Shown: piece by piece, positions 1 through 8,871 of the stretch
Numbering within the stretch: the first letter of the stretch is position 1
Layout of the letters: every line of letters begins with the position of its first letter
IMG/VR virus record: IMGVR_UViG_3300045988_126619
Span: 64,001-128,000 of that record
Direction: 5' to 3' (one strand)
DNA from: a virus
DNA: 64,000 bases
The notes under the pieces: generated by a model
Database searches by the model: none
Told to the model about the DNA's origin: nothing
Seen by the model: the letters and a program-made list of their open reading frames with translations, nothing else
Program-made: the position numbers and the translations under genes

Positions 1-1
1 A

Positions 2-256
2 TATAATAAGAAGGGATTAAATCTAGTAGCATTAAGTGGCTGTAGTATGCCTAATGATGATATAGATGATTTAATAGACGAATTAAAGACAAGACAAGAA
101 GATGATGATGATTACGAAATAGAAGGTTTCAATATTTCAGATGATGAAGAAGATACAGTTGATACAAAACCTAAAAAACAAGAAAAAACAAATGTATTCA
201 TGGAAGAAGAAGATATTGATGCCATTTTAAGTGATGCAGATTTCTTTAAATTTTAG
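2..256 (+). CDS. 3' end of a gene entering from upstream of the window; Asp/Glu-rich C-terminal tail
   Basis: The frame of the 47..256 ORF stays open back to the window edge. Stop TAG at 254-256. Confidence 0.45.
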   Translation, partial: YNKKGLNLVALSGCSMPNDDIDDLIDELKTRQEDDDDYEIEGFNISDDEEDTVDTKPKKQEKTNVFMEEEDIDAILSDADFFKF

Positions 257-305
257 ATGATAAATTGTCAGCAAAAAATATTTTTAAATTTTTTAATATT
301 TTTTG

Positions 306-334
306 TTGACAAGATATTTAAACTATGTTATTAT
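306..334 (+). promoter_or_regulatory. sigma-A-type promoter
   Basis: -35 TTGACA 306-311, 17-nt spacer ending in TGt, -10 TATTAT 329-334. Confidence 0.6.
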
Positions 335-403
335 AATATTGTCGATAGGACATCGGCAAACAATAAAGAAATAAAATAAATGATAAGAATGGAGAGATGT
401 AAA

Positions 404-1072
404 ATGAAAAGTATTAAAAGAATGAAGATGTTAGATGATATAAGGGGAGCAATTTCAAATTATTTTGAGTTTAGAATTGATAATTTATCAGAAAGTGAAA
501 ACAAATTAAAATCAACTTATGTTAAAAGCTTAGATAAATTAGAAAACTCTAATGGAAACTTTTTTGAAACAATATCTGAATTAACATCAATATTATGTGA
601 GGTATGTTTAGAATTTAAACCAAAAAATTTAGAAGATGTAGATAAGTTGTTACCATACCAAAAAAGTATTTTAAGAGTAACAGGAGCATTAGTGGAAGCT
701 AGTTTCAGCTTAGATAAAGATATTAAAGGTTATAGTAAAAGTAGAAAAAATAAAAATGATAGAGAAGATAGAATGTTAAATGAATTAGAAAGTGTTATTG
801 AAAATTATATAATGAGTGTTCTTGCCACAGAAAGTGTTAAAAAATTAAGTGACATCTATAAATCAAAGATAAATAAAATCAGAGGAAACGATGACTTGGC
901 TGTTGTGTTAGCTGTTTTTGCTGAAATAGCTAAGTTAATGCAATCAATAGTTGATGAATTTGTTGTAGGAAAAACAACACGTAATGAATTAACTAAAGAA
1001 GAACAACAGTTTTTATCAATGAAAAATGCTATAGTAAGAACATTAAATGATATGAATAAAATGTTTAAATAA
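404..1072 (+). CDS. hypothetical protein, paralog family A (with 1572..2237)
   Basis: SD GGAGAG 391-396 and ATG 404; the track start at 380 lies inside the AAATAAATGATA box. Shares LCxVCLxF..YQK and C-terminal LTxEEQ..MxNAIV blocks with 1572..2237. Confidence 0.65.
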   Translation: MKSIKRMKMLDDIRGAISNYFEFRIDNLSESENKLKSTYVKSLDKLENSNGNFFETISELTSILCEVCLEFKPKNLEDVDKLLPYQKSILRVTGALVEASFSLDKDIKGYSKSRKNKNDREDRMLNELESVIENYIMSVLATESVKKLSDIYKSKINKIRGNDDLAVVLAVFAEIAKLMQSIVDEFVVGKTTRNELTKEEQQFLSMKNAIVRTLNDMNKMFK

Positions 1073-1109
1073 TATAAAATAAACAATAAATAGAAATGGA
1101 GGGTTCAAT

Positions 1110-1490
1110 ATGGATTTTAAAAAATGTGAAGAACAAGTAATAACTTTAATAAAAGAATTGAGAAGAGAAATAGTGGATGATTGTGAAAATGTTTGGGATT
1201 TATGTGATGAATGTAGATGGAATAAAGAAACACAAAATGGTATTAGCATTTGTGATAATAATACAGAACTATATCCGATTGAAGCTGTATGCAAAGATGA
1301 TTGTGACACAATAGAACAGATTATGTGTGCATTATACAAAGAAATGAGTAAAGATTGTGATGTAAATAAAGATGATTGTAGTAAGTGTCAATGGAATAGA
1401 GTTTCAAAAAACGGACAAACATTATGTGACTTACACAGCAAGATTATGGCATATATTATTATAGAAAAAAATGAAAGAACGCAGAAATGA
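1110..1490 (+). CDS. small Cys-rich protein with an internally duplicated CxxC-x8-10-G-x3-CD motif
   Basis: SD GGAGGG lies upstream. CDECRWNKETQNGISICD and CSKCQWNRVSKNGQTLCD are two copies of one motif. Confidence 0.6.
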   Translation: MDFKKCEEQVITLIKELRREIVDDCENVWDLCDECRWNKETQNGISICDNNTELYPIEAVCKDDCDTIEQIMCALYKEMSKDCDVNKDDCSKCQWNRVSKNGQTLCDLHSKIMAYIIIEKNERTQK

Positions 1491-1571
1491 TGAATAAATT
1501 CAAAAGTAATTGTAATTAATGTAAATAGGATGAATTTAAATAAATAATAAATAGAAATGGAGAGATTTAAT

Positions 1572-2237
1572 ATGATGATGGAAATGATGCAAAAAATATT
1601 TTTAGAAGAAACTGGAAATGTTATAGGAGGATATTTAAACAATGCTGACAAACCTTTAAGTGGTTCAGATAAGAAATTACAAGATAGTTATGAAGAATTT
1701 GTGCATGAAGCAACAAATCCAACTGGAAATACTATGACAAAATTAAAAAACTTAGCATTAGCTTTATGCACAGTATGTTTAAAATTTGACCATGAAACAG
1801 AGGAAGATATTGATAAATTAAATGAATATCAAAAGAATATAATTTTATTTACAGGAAAAGTTGTAGAAACACTTACTATTGTAGAAGAAATAACAGGTAA
1901 TGATATGGATGGCGAATTGCCTAATGAAGAATCACAAAAATCAGAAGATATAATTGATATGATAGGGAATATTATAAAAAAATATTTAGATTCTAAAGAT
2001 AATTTTAACAAAGATGAAATGATATTAGCTAATTCATATGAAAAAATTATTGATACTCTAAAGAAAAAAGATATTTCTGATGAAAACTTTAGAAAAACTT
2101 TAGCATTACTTGAAAATTTAATGTTGAAGGTAATCAATAATATTTTTGATATACCATCTGACCTAACAGAAGAAGAACAAGATATGATACGTATGAGAAA
2201 TGCTATTGTAGAATCATTACTATTGTATAATAAATAG
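1572..2237 (+). CDS. hypothetical protein, paralog family A
   Basis: SD GGAGAG 1559-1564, ATG 1572. Paralog of 404..1072. Confidence 0.65.
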   Translation: MMMEMMQKIFLEETGNVIGGYLNNADKPLSGSDKKLQDSYEEFVHEATNPTGNTMTKLKNLALALCTVCLKFDHETEEDIDKLNEYQKNIILFTGKVVETLTIVEEITGNDMDGELPNEESQKSEDIIDMIGNIIKKYLDSKDNFNKDEMILANSYEKIIDTLKKKDISDENFRKTLALLENLMLKVINNIFDIPSDLTEEEQDMIRMRNAIVESLLLYNK

Positions 2238-2252
2238 AATAAGAATTAAAAG

Positions 2253-2280
2253 AAATGGGGTTCGTCACTCCATTTTTTTT
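2253..2280 (+). terminator. intrinsic terminator
   Basis: 8-bp stem AAATGGGG/CTCCATTT (one G-U), 7-nt loop, T-run to 2280. Confidence 0.7.
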
Positions 2281-2371
2281 GCATAAAATAAACAATAATA
2301 TATAAATTAGAATTATGAGAAAAATATAGAATTATTTTAAATAATTTAAAGAAATTTTTAATTATTTATAG

Positions 2372-2400
2372 TTTACAATACATAAAATAAATGATATAAT
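2372..2400 (+). promoter_or_regulatory. sigma-A-type promoter with AAAATAAATGATA box in the spacer
   Basis: -35 TTTACA 2372-2377, 17-nt spacer, -10 TATAAT 2395-2400. Confidence 0.65.
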
Positions 2401-2431
2401 TAACTCATAGGTTGGATAATCTATGAGTTAA
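2400..2431 (+). promoter_or_regulatory. perfect 11-bp inverted repeat overlapping the predicted start site (operator-like)
   Basis: TTAACTCATAG-N10-CTATGAGTTAA begins at the last base of the -10 hexamer and is followed by ATTTTTAT. Confidence 0.45.
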
Positions 2432-2456
2432 ATTTTTATAAAGAGAGGTATAAATT

Positions 2457-3245
2457 ATGAACAGAAAGAAAATACACAACATTTTAACAAAACTCTATAA
2501 AACTCAATGGAAAACAGTATTTAATGAACTGGATAAACAATATACAGATAAGGTTATTGAAATTGCTAGTGATTATGAAATACGTAGACAAAAAGCATTT
2601 ACTCCAATATTGATAAATGGTTACAATTTAAATGATAAGTTAAATAAATATAAAAATACGATTGATGCAGAAACATTTTATGAATATGTTGATGAAAATA
2701 ATAGTTATATTAGAGAATATAACGTGCTTACAAAAAAAATGCACTCCGAATTATTAAATCAATGTGAAAAGATTAAAGATTTTTACGAAGAAATTCAAGA
2801 CATAGTTATTCCTTTTGCAAAGAAATTATCAGATGTAGATGAAATATTTGCTAGATTAGGTCATTTAAAAGGTAAATGGTTTAATATGTTAATAACATTT
2901 GATTGCAATAAAATAGGAGAAAGTCCAACAATATTTAATGAAAATGTTAATATACTTAATAAAAAAAGAAGTAAAATAATTGAAGATTTAGAAATTAAAA
3001 TGCAAAAAATGGAAAACCAAACCGAAGATAAACCCAATAAAGGACAAGAATATAAGAAAATATTTGACCATAAAGAAATGAATAGACTGGCAGAAATAAG
3101 TGGATATATATTTAATAGAACCACAGGAAGTCATAAAGTATATATTCATTCAAAAACGAATAAATTAGTAGTTATTCCCCAACACAAACTTGAATACGGT
3201 CTTATGTGTGGAATTCAAAAACAAATAAAGCAAAATTCTTTATAA
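2457..3245 (+). CDS. 262-aa protein with a C-terminal HicA-like (mRNA interferase toxin) domain
   Basis: SD AGAGAGG upstream. The C-terminus GYIFNRTTGSHKVYIHSKTNKLVVIPQHKLEYGLMCGIQKQI fits the HicA pattern G-x..GSH..Y..(V/I)P.H..l..G.l..I.KQ. Confidence 0.55.
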   Translation: MNRKKIHNILTKLYKTQWKTVFNELDKQYTDKVIEIASDYEIRRQKAFTPILINGYNLNDKLNKYKNTIDAETFYEYVDENNSYIREYNVLTKKMHSELLNQCEKIKDFYEEIQDIVIPFAKKLSDVDEIFARLGHLKGKWFNMLITFDCNKIGESPTIFNENVNILNKKRSKIIEDLEIKMQKMENQTEDKPNKGQEYKKIFDHKEMNRLAEISGYIFNRTTGSHKVYIHSKTNKLVVIPQHKLEYGLMCGIQKQIKQNSL

Positions 3246-3251
3246 ATTATG

Positions 3252-3280
3252 TTGACATTACATAAAATAAATGATATAAT
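3252..3280 (+). promoter_or_regulatory. sigma-A-type promoter with AAAATAAATGATA box
   Basis: -35 TTGACA 3252-3257, 17-nt spacer, -10 TATAAT 3275-3280. Confidence 0.75.
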
Positions 3281-3298
3281 TAAAAATGTAGATAGGAG

Positions 3299-3505
3299 AT
3301 GATGATTGTGAAAAATAAAAACAAATATGTGAGCATTAAAGAACTGTTAGATGAAGTAGAGGATGCTATGATACAAGAATGTGAATGTGTAGACGATTGT
3401 CACGATTGTAAGTATGGAAAAATTATTACAGGTAATAAATCTATATGTGATTTACATACAGATTTATATGCAGAATTGGTTACGGGGGCGATATGGAATG
3501 ATTAG
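3299..3505 (+). CDS. small Cys-rich protein (same CxxC..G..CDLH motif as 1110..1490)
   Basis: CHDCKYGKIITGNKSICDLHTDLY. SD TAGGAG is present, but the exact start is ambiguous (ATG 3299/3302, GTG 3308). Confidence 0.55.
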   Translation: MMIVKNKNKYVSIKELLDEVEDAMIQECECVDDCHDCKYGKIITGNKSICDLHTDLYAELVTGAIWND

Positions 3506-3884
3506 TAAAAATCAATATGATGATGGGATAAGATGTAAAGGAATGTGTGATTTTGGCGACAGCAATATGGAACAAGTATTTATTGGCGGAGGATGTGCTG
3601 AAAGAGGATTTTGTTATCAATACAAAATGCAAAACAAATCAGAAAATAACATATTGTGGAAAAAAATTACATTCAAGGAACGAGAATATATGTGCAAAGT
3701 AGATTTATACAATCTAAAATTATTTGTATATAACATGAATGGTAATGAACTATATTCAAATCCATTATATACAAATAATTTGGTAAAAGAATGTAAAGAT
3801 GCAGTATTACAAGCAAATGCTATAGTTGTAGAATCTCAAGTATATGAAGATTTTATGAGATGGGATGGAAATATGGATAAATAA
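3498..3884 (+). CDS. hypothetical Cys-containing protein
   Basis: ATG 3498 overlaps the previous stop, with a G-rich SD 7 nt upstream. The track start at 3414 would overlap the previous gene by 90 nt. Confidence 0.5.
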   Translation: MISKNQYDDGIRCKGMCDFGDSNMEQVFIGGGCAERGFCYQYKMQNKSENNILWKKITFKEREYMCKVDLYNLKLFVYNMNGNELYSNPLYTNNLVKECKDAVLQANAIVVESQVYEDFMRWDGNMDK

Positions 3885-3904
3885 TAAAGGGAGGGAGTAA
3901 TAAT

Positions 3905-4228
3905 ATGTGGACAGAATTTAAACAGGATAGTTGTTTATATAGAGTTCGTATAGAACATCATAAACCTACATGGATGCAAATATTATTCGATAGAGAAGTA
4001 TATAAAGAATATTGTATACACATACAAAAGGTAGATTCAAAAAGCACTTCTGTTATAAAATATAGATTTAGCGAGTATGAATTGTGTTTTTATTGTAACG
4101 ATATGGTCAACCAAACATTAAAAGACCTAATGAAAAATAGTGACGAAAAATATGAGAAATATTTAATAGCGACAGCTAAAGAATTGATACAAAATCAAAT
4201 ACAATCAAAGAGAATTACAGAGGTTTAG
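3905..4228 (+). CDS. hypothetical protein, tandem paralog family B
   Basis: SD GGGAGGGAG upstream. MWTEF..YRVRIEHHK..W and C-terminal RITEV match 4242..4607. Confidence 0.6.
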   Translation: MWTEFKQDSCLYRVRIEHHKPTWMQILFDREVYKEYCIHIQKVDSKSTSVIKYRFSEYELCFYCNDMVNQTLKDLMKNSDEKYEKYLIATAKELIQNQIQSKRITEV

Positions 4229-4241
4229 GAGGATTAATAAT

Positions 4242-4607
4242 ATGTGGGTGGAATTTGATTATTATGGAAATCACTATAGAATAAGAGTGGAACATAAAAA
4301 AGGTTGGAAAACATGGATTGGAAAGGTAATAAGTGATTTTTCTTATACGGAATATAAACCATATGCAATAAGAATTGAACAAAGAATCGATAAATACAAT
4401 ACGTATTCATATAGAAAAACATATAAGAAAATATACAAAAAAAATATGACAATCTATGATAATGTTTTTGTTACTGAAAATAATCATTTAATTTGTGTAA
4501 GAAATTTAAAACAACAAGATGATAAAATGTTTACTTCAATATTAATTCAAACAGGCATCACTACATTAGAAAAGATGAATAGAGATAGTAGAATAGCAGA
4601 GGTTTAA
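4242..4607 (+). CDS. hypothetical protein, tandem paralog family B
   Basis: SD AGGAGG upstream. MWVEF..YRIRVEHKK..W and C-terminal RIAEV. Confidence 0.6.
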   Translation: MWVEFDYYGNHYRIRVEHKKGWKTWIGKVISDFSYTEYKPYAIRIEQRIDKYNTYSYRKTYKKIYKKNMTIYDNVFVTENNHLICVRNLKQQDDKMFTSILIQTGITTLEKMNRDSRIAEV

Positions 4608-4651
4608 TTCTTTGCTATTTACACAAAATAAACAATAAGCGAGGTATAAAT

Positions 4652-4777
4652 ATGAAAAGAAATATTTTTTTTGAATATATTCAACAAAGAATTGAAATTG
4701 GTTATATCACACGTTTGTTTATTATTGGAATGATGATTATTTATATAATCAGCGAAGTATTATATCAAATTACTTAA
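4652..4777 (+). CDS. 41-aa hydrophobic peptide (below the track cutoff)
   Basis: SD GCGAGG 7 nt upstream. MKRNIFFEYIQQRIEIGYITRLFIIGMMIIYIISEVLYQIT. Confidence 0.4.
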   Translation: MKRNIFFEYIQQRIEIGYITRLFIIGMMIIYIISEVLYQIT

Positions 4778-4793
4778 TATATGGAGGGATAGT

Positions 4794-5081
4794 ATGAAAA
4801 GAATATTGTTAGGAACATTGACATTAATTTTTACATCTAGTTTATTATTAGGATGTAGTGAAACAATAAACTCTGGTTATACTTCATCAGATAAAGATGG
4901 AGTATTAATATCAATAGAAAATAATATAATGTGTGGGGCAAATCAAGATATTAAAGTGGTAACTTTTGGAGAAGAAAAATTAGAAAATTATTCAATAGAA
5001 AAGAATGATGATGGTACTAAAGATGTAATATTGCATTTATCAACTAATACAAATAAATACAGAAAAGAGGAGAATAAATAA
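4794..5081 (+). CDS. putative lipoprotein
   Basis: Signal peptide with lipobox: MKRILLGTLTLIFTSSLLLGC. SD GGAGGG upstream. Confidence 0.65.
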   Translation: MKRILLGTLTLIFTSSLLLGCSETINSGYTSSDKDGVLISIENNIMCGANQDIKVVTFGEEKLENYSIEKNDDGTKDVILHLSTNTNKYRKEENK

Positions 5082-5938
5082 TGATATTAAATTGTAAAGA
5101 AATAAGAGAAAAGGCTATTGATAAAATAAAACAAGAAGGGAATATAGAAAACTGTAAAGCAGTATTTGTTCAAGTTGGAGAAGACCAATCTTCTAATGTA
5201 TATGTTAGAAATAAAATAAAACTTTGTGAGGAAGTTGGAATTAATGTAGAGCATATGCAATTTGCAAGTAATGTTGAAGAAAATGAACTAATTAACTTTA
5301 TAAAAATAATGAATATGGATGAATATATACATGGGATAATGGTACAATTACCTTTACCAAAGCATATAAGTGAAGAAACAATCATTAATACAATAGACCC
5401 TAAAAAAGATATAGATGGTTTTACGCACAGCAATAAAGGTAAATTAATGGTAGGGGATAGTTCAGCTATGATTCCTTGTACACCTTTAGGAATTATGGAT
5501 ATATTAGATTACACAGCAACAGATGTTGAAGGTAAGAATGTGGTAATAGTTGGAAGAAGTAACATTGTGGGAAAACCTATCGCTCAATTATTGATAAATA
5601 AAGGTGCTACAGTTACTGTATGTAATAGTAAAACAAATAAACATTATTTGGGAGAACTTATATCAAGAGCAGATATATTTATAAGTGCAATTGGACAACC
5701 AAATTATTTTAACAAAGAGTTCTTTGATTCAGTTGATATTCCTACTACAAGATTAAAAAACATAGTAGCAATTGATGTGGGAATAAATAGAGATTCAGAT
5801 AATAAATTGTGTGGAGATATTTCAAGAGAATTATATGATGATTTTAACATAATCACACCTGTACCAAATGGAGTGGGAGTAATGACCGTATTAAACGTAA
5901 TAAAAAATATTATTAAATGCTATAAAAATCAAATTTAA
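5081..5938 (+). CDS. folD: bifunctional methylenetetrahydrofolate dehydrogenase/cyclohydrolase
   Basis: Hallmark blocks VQLPLP, DIDGF, PCTP, GRSNIVGKP, TVTVCNSKT. 285 aa. Start overlaps the previous stop (TAATG). Confidence 0.9.
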   Translation: MILNCKEIREKAIDKIKQEGNIENCKAVFVQVGEDQSSNVYVRNKIKLCEEVGINVEHMQFASNVEENELINFIKIMNMDEYIHGIMVQLPLPKHISEETIINTIDPKKDIDGFTHSNKGKLMVGDSSAMIPCTPLGIMDILDYTATDVEGKNVVIVGRSNIVGKPIAQLLINKGATVTVCNSKTNKHYLGELISRADIFISAIGQPNYFNKEFFDSVDIPTTRLKNIVAIDVGINRDSDNKLCGDISRELYDDFNIITPVPNGVGVMTVLNVIKNIIKCYKNQI

Positions 5939-5952
5939 ATAATTAAAATTGC

Positions 5953-5981
5953 TTGACATAAAATAAATGATATAGTATAAT
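5953..5981 (+). promoter_or_regulatory. consensus sigma-A promoter with AAAATAAATGATA box
   Basis: -35 TTGACA 5953-5958, 17-nt spacer, -10 TATAAT 5976-5981. Confidence 0.8.
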
Positions 5982-6139
5982 GAATTCATAGGAAGGAGCT
6001 GATACATTGTTAACTGATAGAGAAATACAAGAAATAAGAGAATTACTTGCTCGGTAATGAATTGACTGATGAAGAAAGATGGGAATTAGAGGAAATTCTG
6101 ATTAGACATTACAGACACGTATAAAAAGGGGGAATTTTA

Positions 6140-6853
6140 TTGGCAGAAGATAAAATTAAATACTTAGAAGAACTTAGAGATAAATTAGAAAAGTCTAATA
6201 TAAGAGAATTTAAAAATTGGACTAAGCTATGTGAACTATTTTCGTGGAAAATTACTAGAGGAACATATAAACTTGCTAGAGAAAAAGAATTATCAATAAT
6301 TTGTCAATGGGAAAAGATTGGGAATAAAATAAAAATAAAAAAAATAAATAACAATATACAAAAGTCAGATATAAAAGATGGAAGGAGCGATATGATATTT
6401 GGTGGATATAATAATGTTAAAATTGGTAAAAATGAATACGATAATATAGGTATATATATTATTATTGATAAAGACAATAACTGTTATATTGGTTCTACCA
6501 TACAAGGTTTTAAACAAAGGTTTTACGACCATTATAGAAAAAAACACAAATCCATGCAACATACGTATGATTTATTACATGATAATTATGCAGAATTTAG
6601 AATATTGCACGATATGACAGATATTGAAGATGTAGAACTTATTCGTATGGTAGAAGATGAATATATCCAATATTACAAATCTCTACCACAATATAATGTT
6701 ATAAATAGAGCAGAAAAAGCTTATTATAAAGGTTATTGTAAAAAACAAAAATATAAAAGTTTAAAAATAAAAGAAGAAGATTATATGTTAGCTATTAAAA
6801 TATTGCAAGATAATAATATTGAAATAAAAGGAGAGTTATTAGATTATGAGTAA
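6140..6853 (+). CDS. GIY-YIG homing-endonuclease-like protein
   Basis: GIYIIIDKDNNCYIGSTIQGFKQRFYDHY contains GIY..YIG..R..H. TTG start after SD AAAGGGGGA. Free-standing between folD and a helicase gene. Confidence 0.7.
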   Translation: MAEDKIKYLEELRDKLEKSNIREFKNWTKLCELFSWKITRGTYKLAREKELSIICQWEKIGNKIKIKKINNNIQKSDIKDGRSDMIFGGYNNVKIGKNEYDNIGIYIIIDKDNNCYIGSTIQGFKQRFYDHYRKKHKSMQHTYDLLHDNYAEFRILHDMTDIEDVELIRMVEDEYIQYYKSLPQYNVINRAEKAYYKGYCKKQKYKSLKIKEEDYMLAIKILQDNNIEIKGELLDYE

Positions 6854-7025
6854 ATATTTTGCAGTCAAAGATGTGAAAATAGCAGAAATAATGTCTAGTT
6901 TATTAAATAAAAATTATTATAAATTTTATGATGAAAAATTAGGTCAAGATATTTATACTTTTGAAAGAACTGAAAACATAAATAAAGTTTATGGTCATGC
7001 TATGAGAATATTAGCAAACCTATAA
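6846..7025 (+). CDS. 59-aa hypothetical protein (below the track cutoff)
   Basis: ATGA overlap with the stop of 6140..6853. The ORF exactly fills the gap to the next gene. Confidence 0.45.
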   Translation: MSKYFAVKDVKIAEIMSSLLNKNYYKFYDEKLGQDIYTFERTENINKVYGHAMRILANL

Positions 7026-7043
7026 TTGGGAAGGATTACGATT

Positions 7044-8516
7044 ATGATTAAGAAAAAATATATACAAGAAATAATAGGTGATGATTATAGAAGTTGGGAA
7101 AAAGGTGAAACAATATTAATTAAAGCAGGCACAGGAGCAGGAAAATCTAGTTTTGTAAAAAATATATTAAATATGTTTTGTTACTGTAGAAATGAAAAAA
7201 TATTATTTCTTAGCAATAGAACCAATTTAAAAAAACAAAATGAAAATGATATAGATAAATTAATTGATATAGGATATAACAGCATAATAATAAAAAATTA
7301 CCAAGAAGTAGAAGAAAATTCTGAATGTGGAAAATATGATTTAAGTAAATATGATGTTATTGTTATGGATGAAGCACATTATTTCTTTACTGATTCAGCA
7401 TTTAATAATAGAACAGATGTTTTCTTTAGACAAATATTAAAGAATGATAATGTAATCAAAATTTTTATGACAGCAACTCCAACTATTTTACAATTCTATT
7501 TCAAGCAAAATAATTTGAAGTTTGATTATGAATATGAATTAGATACAGATTATTCATATTTAGAAAATGTTATAGCCTATAATAATAAAGATTCTGCTTT
7601 ATCAATAATTAATGAAATACCTCAAGATGAACAAATAATTTATTTTGGTTCTGTAAAAAGAGCATTAGAGATATCACAAACTTTTGGTGGAGCATTTATA
7701 TGTAGTAGGTATAATAAAGATTATTACAATAAATACGTTATCGGAACAGAAAATGAAGAAGAATTAAATAGGATTATTACAAGTCAAAAATTCAATAATC
7801 ATATATTATGCACAACTATAGCACTAGATAATGGGATAAATTTATCATCAAAATCTAATATAAAACATATAATTATAGAAGTTTCAGATTTGGATACTTT
7901 TATACAATGTTTAGGAAGAAGAAGGGTTGTTGATGGTGAAAAAATTAATTTATACTTCTATGATTTTTCTAACAATCAAGAAATAGCAGGTTATAGAACT
8001 AAATTATTAAAACCATTGGCAGAAGCCGACTTTCTTATTGATAAAGGCGAACTAGAATATGTAAAAGCATATAATAAACAACACAAAACAGGAATAGTAG
8101 ATTTTACAATTGGAGAAGATGGTTATACTCACCCACAATTAAATGAATGTATGTATTATAAATATTATGTTAATAAAATAATATATGATTCTATATTAGA
8201 TAAAAATACATCAACTAGTTATAAAAGTATGGTTTCTGTAGCATTAGGTGTTGAAATTATAGATAAAGAAATGACAGAAATAAAATCATCAACAGAGATA
8301 TATTTAGATGGATTAATAGGAAAACCACTTTATAAAGAAGACCAAAAAGAGTTAATAGAAAGATTAAATATTAGAGATGATAGGCACAGATTGCAAAAAA
8401 AGATATCTACATTAAATGGATATTTAATAGATAACTATAATATGATGTTGATTAGTAAAAGAATAAGAGAAGAAGGTGATAGAACCACAATTTGGTTAAT
8501 AAATAATATAGAATAA
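7044..8516 (+). CDS. superfamily-2 DEAH-type helicase
   Basis: Walker A GTGAGKSS, DEAH (VMDEAHYF), TATP, QCLGRRRV. SD GGAAGGA 8 nt before ATG 7044. Confidence 0.75.
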   Translation: MIKKKYIQEIIGDDYRSWEKGETILIKAGTGAGKSSFVKNILNMFCYCRNEKILFLSNRTNLKKQNENDIDKLIDIGYNSIIIKNYQEVEENSECGKYDLSKYDVIVMDEAHYFFTDSAFNNRTDVFFRQILKNDNVIKIFMTATPTILQFYFKQNNLKFDYEYELDTDYSYLENVIAYNNKDSALSIINEIPQDEQIIYFGSVKRALEISQTFGGAFICSRYNKDYYNKYVIGTENEEELNRIITSQKFNNHILCTTIALDNGINLSSKSNIKHIIIEVSDLDTFIQCLGRRRVVDGEKINLYFYDFSNNQEIAGYRTKLLKPLAEADFLIDKGELEYVKAYNKQHKTGIVDFTIGEDGYTHPQLNECMYYKYYVNKIIYDSILDKNTSTSYKSMVSVALGVEIIDKEMTEIKSSTEIYLDGLIGKPLYKEDQKELIERLNIRDDRHRLQKKISTLNGYLIDNYNMMLISKRIREEGDRTTIWLINNIE

Positions 8517-8523
8517 ATAATAC

Positions 8524-8575
8524 TGACCATTTTTTTGGAGTAAGCTAAATATAGCTTTATCCAACTTTTTGGTCA
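8524..8575 (+). other. extended imperfect hairpin after the helicase gene
   Basis: Outer stem TGACCA/TGGTCA, inner stems GGA/TCC and AAGCTA/TAGCTT. Confidence 0.35.
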
Positions 8576-8611
8576 CAACATAAAATATGGTATTACAAAG
8601 GAGGAAAATAT

Positions 8612-8821
8612 ATGTTAATTGATTTAGAAAAACAAGATTTAATAAACTTAGTAAAAGGTATTGCTCCATCTTTTACCGCTATGAATGAACCTTATATTAA
8701 AGGTATGGGGTACTACGATGATTATAGGGGTTCTTGGAAATGGTATAATACCTCCCTAGAACAATTAGATGAAAATGACTTACTTCTTATTTATTACCTA
8801 TGTAAAAATAGTTGGAACTAG
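8612..8821 (+). CDS. hypothetical protein
   Basis: SD AAAGGAGGA 8 nt upstream. Confidence 0.6.
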   Translation: MLIDLEKQDLINLVKGIAPSFTAMNEPYIKGMGYYDDYRGSWKWYNTSLEQLDENDLLLIYYLCKNSWN

Positions 8822-8871
8822 ATTTGAAAATTATATGAATATAAAATAAAATAAACAATAGGAGTGATTAA

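Noticed and set aside
2253-2280. GGGGTTCGTCACTCC as a tRNA T-arm.
   Set aside because: There is no acceptor, D or anticodon arm around it. It is a hairpin followed by T8 directly after a stop codon, which makes it a terminator. I found no tRNA-like cloverleaf anywhere in the window.
6066-6072. CTGATGA as the core of a second hammerhead. The same heptamer inside ORFs at about 38402, 53277 and 62433 was also considered.
   Set aside because: No stem II hairpin followed by GAAA, and no stem III/GUH arrangement, can be drawn at any of them. The copy at 6066 also reads as coding (LTDEE).
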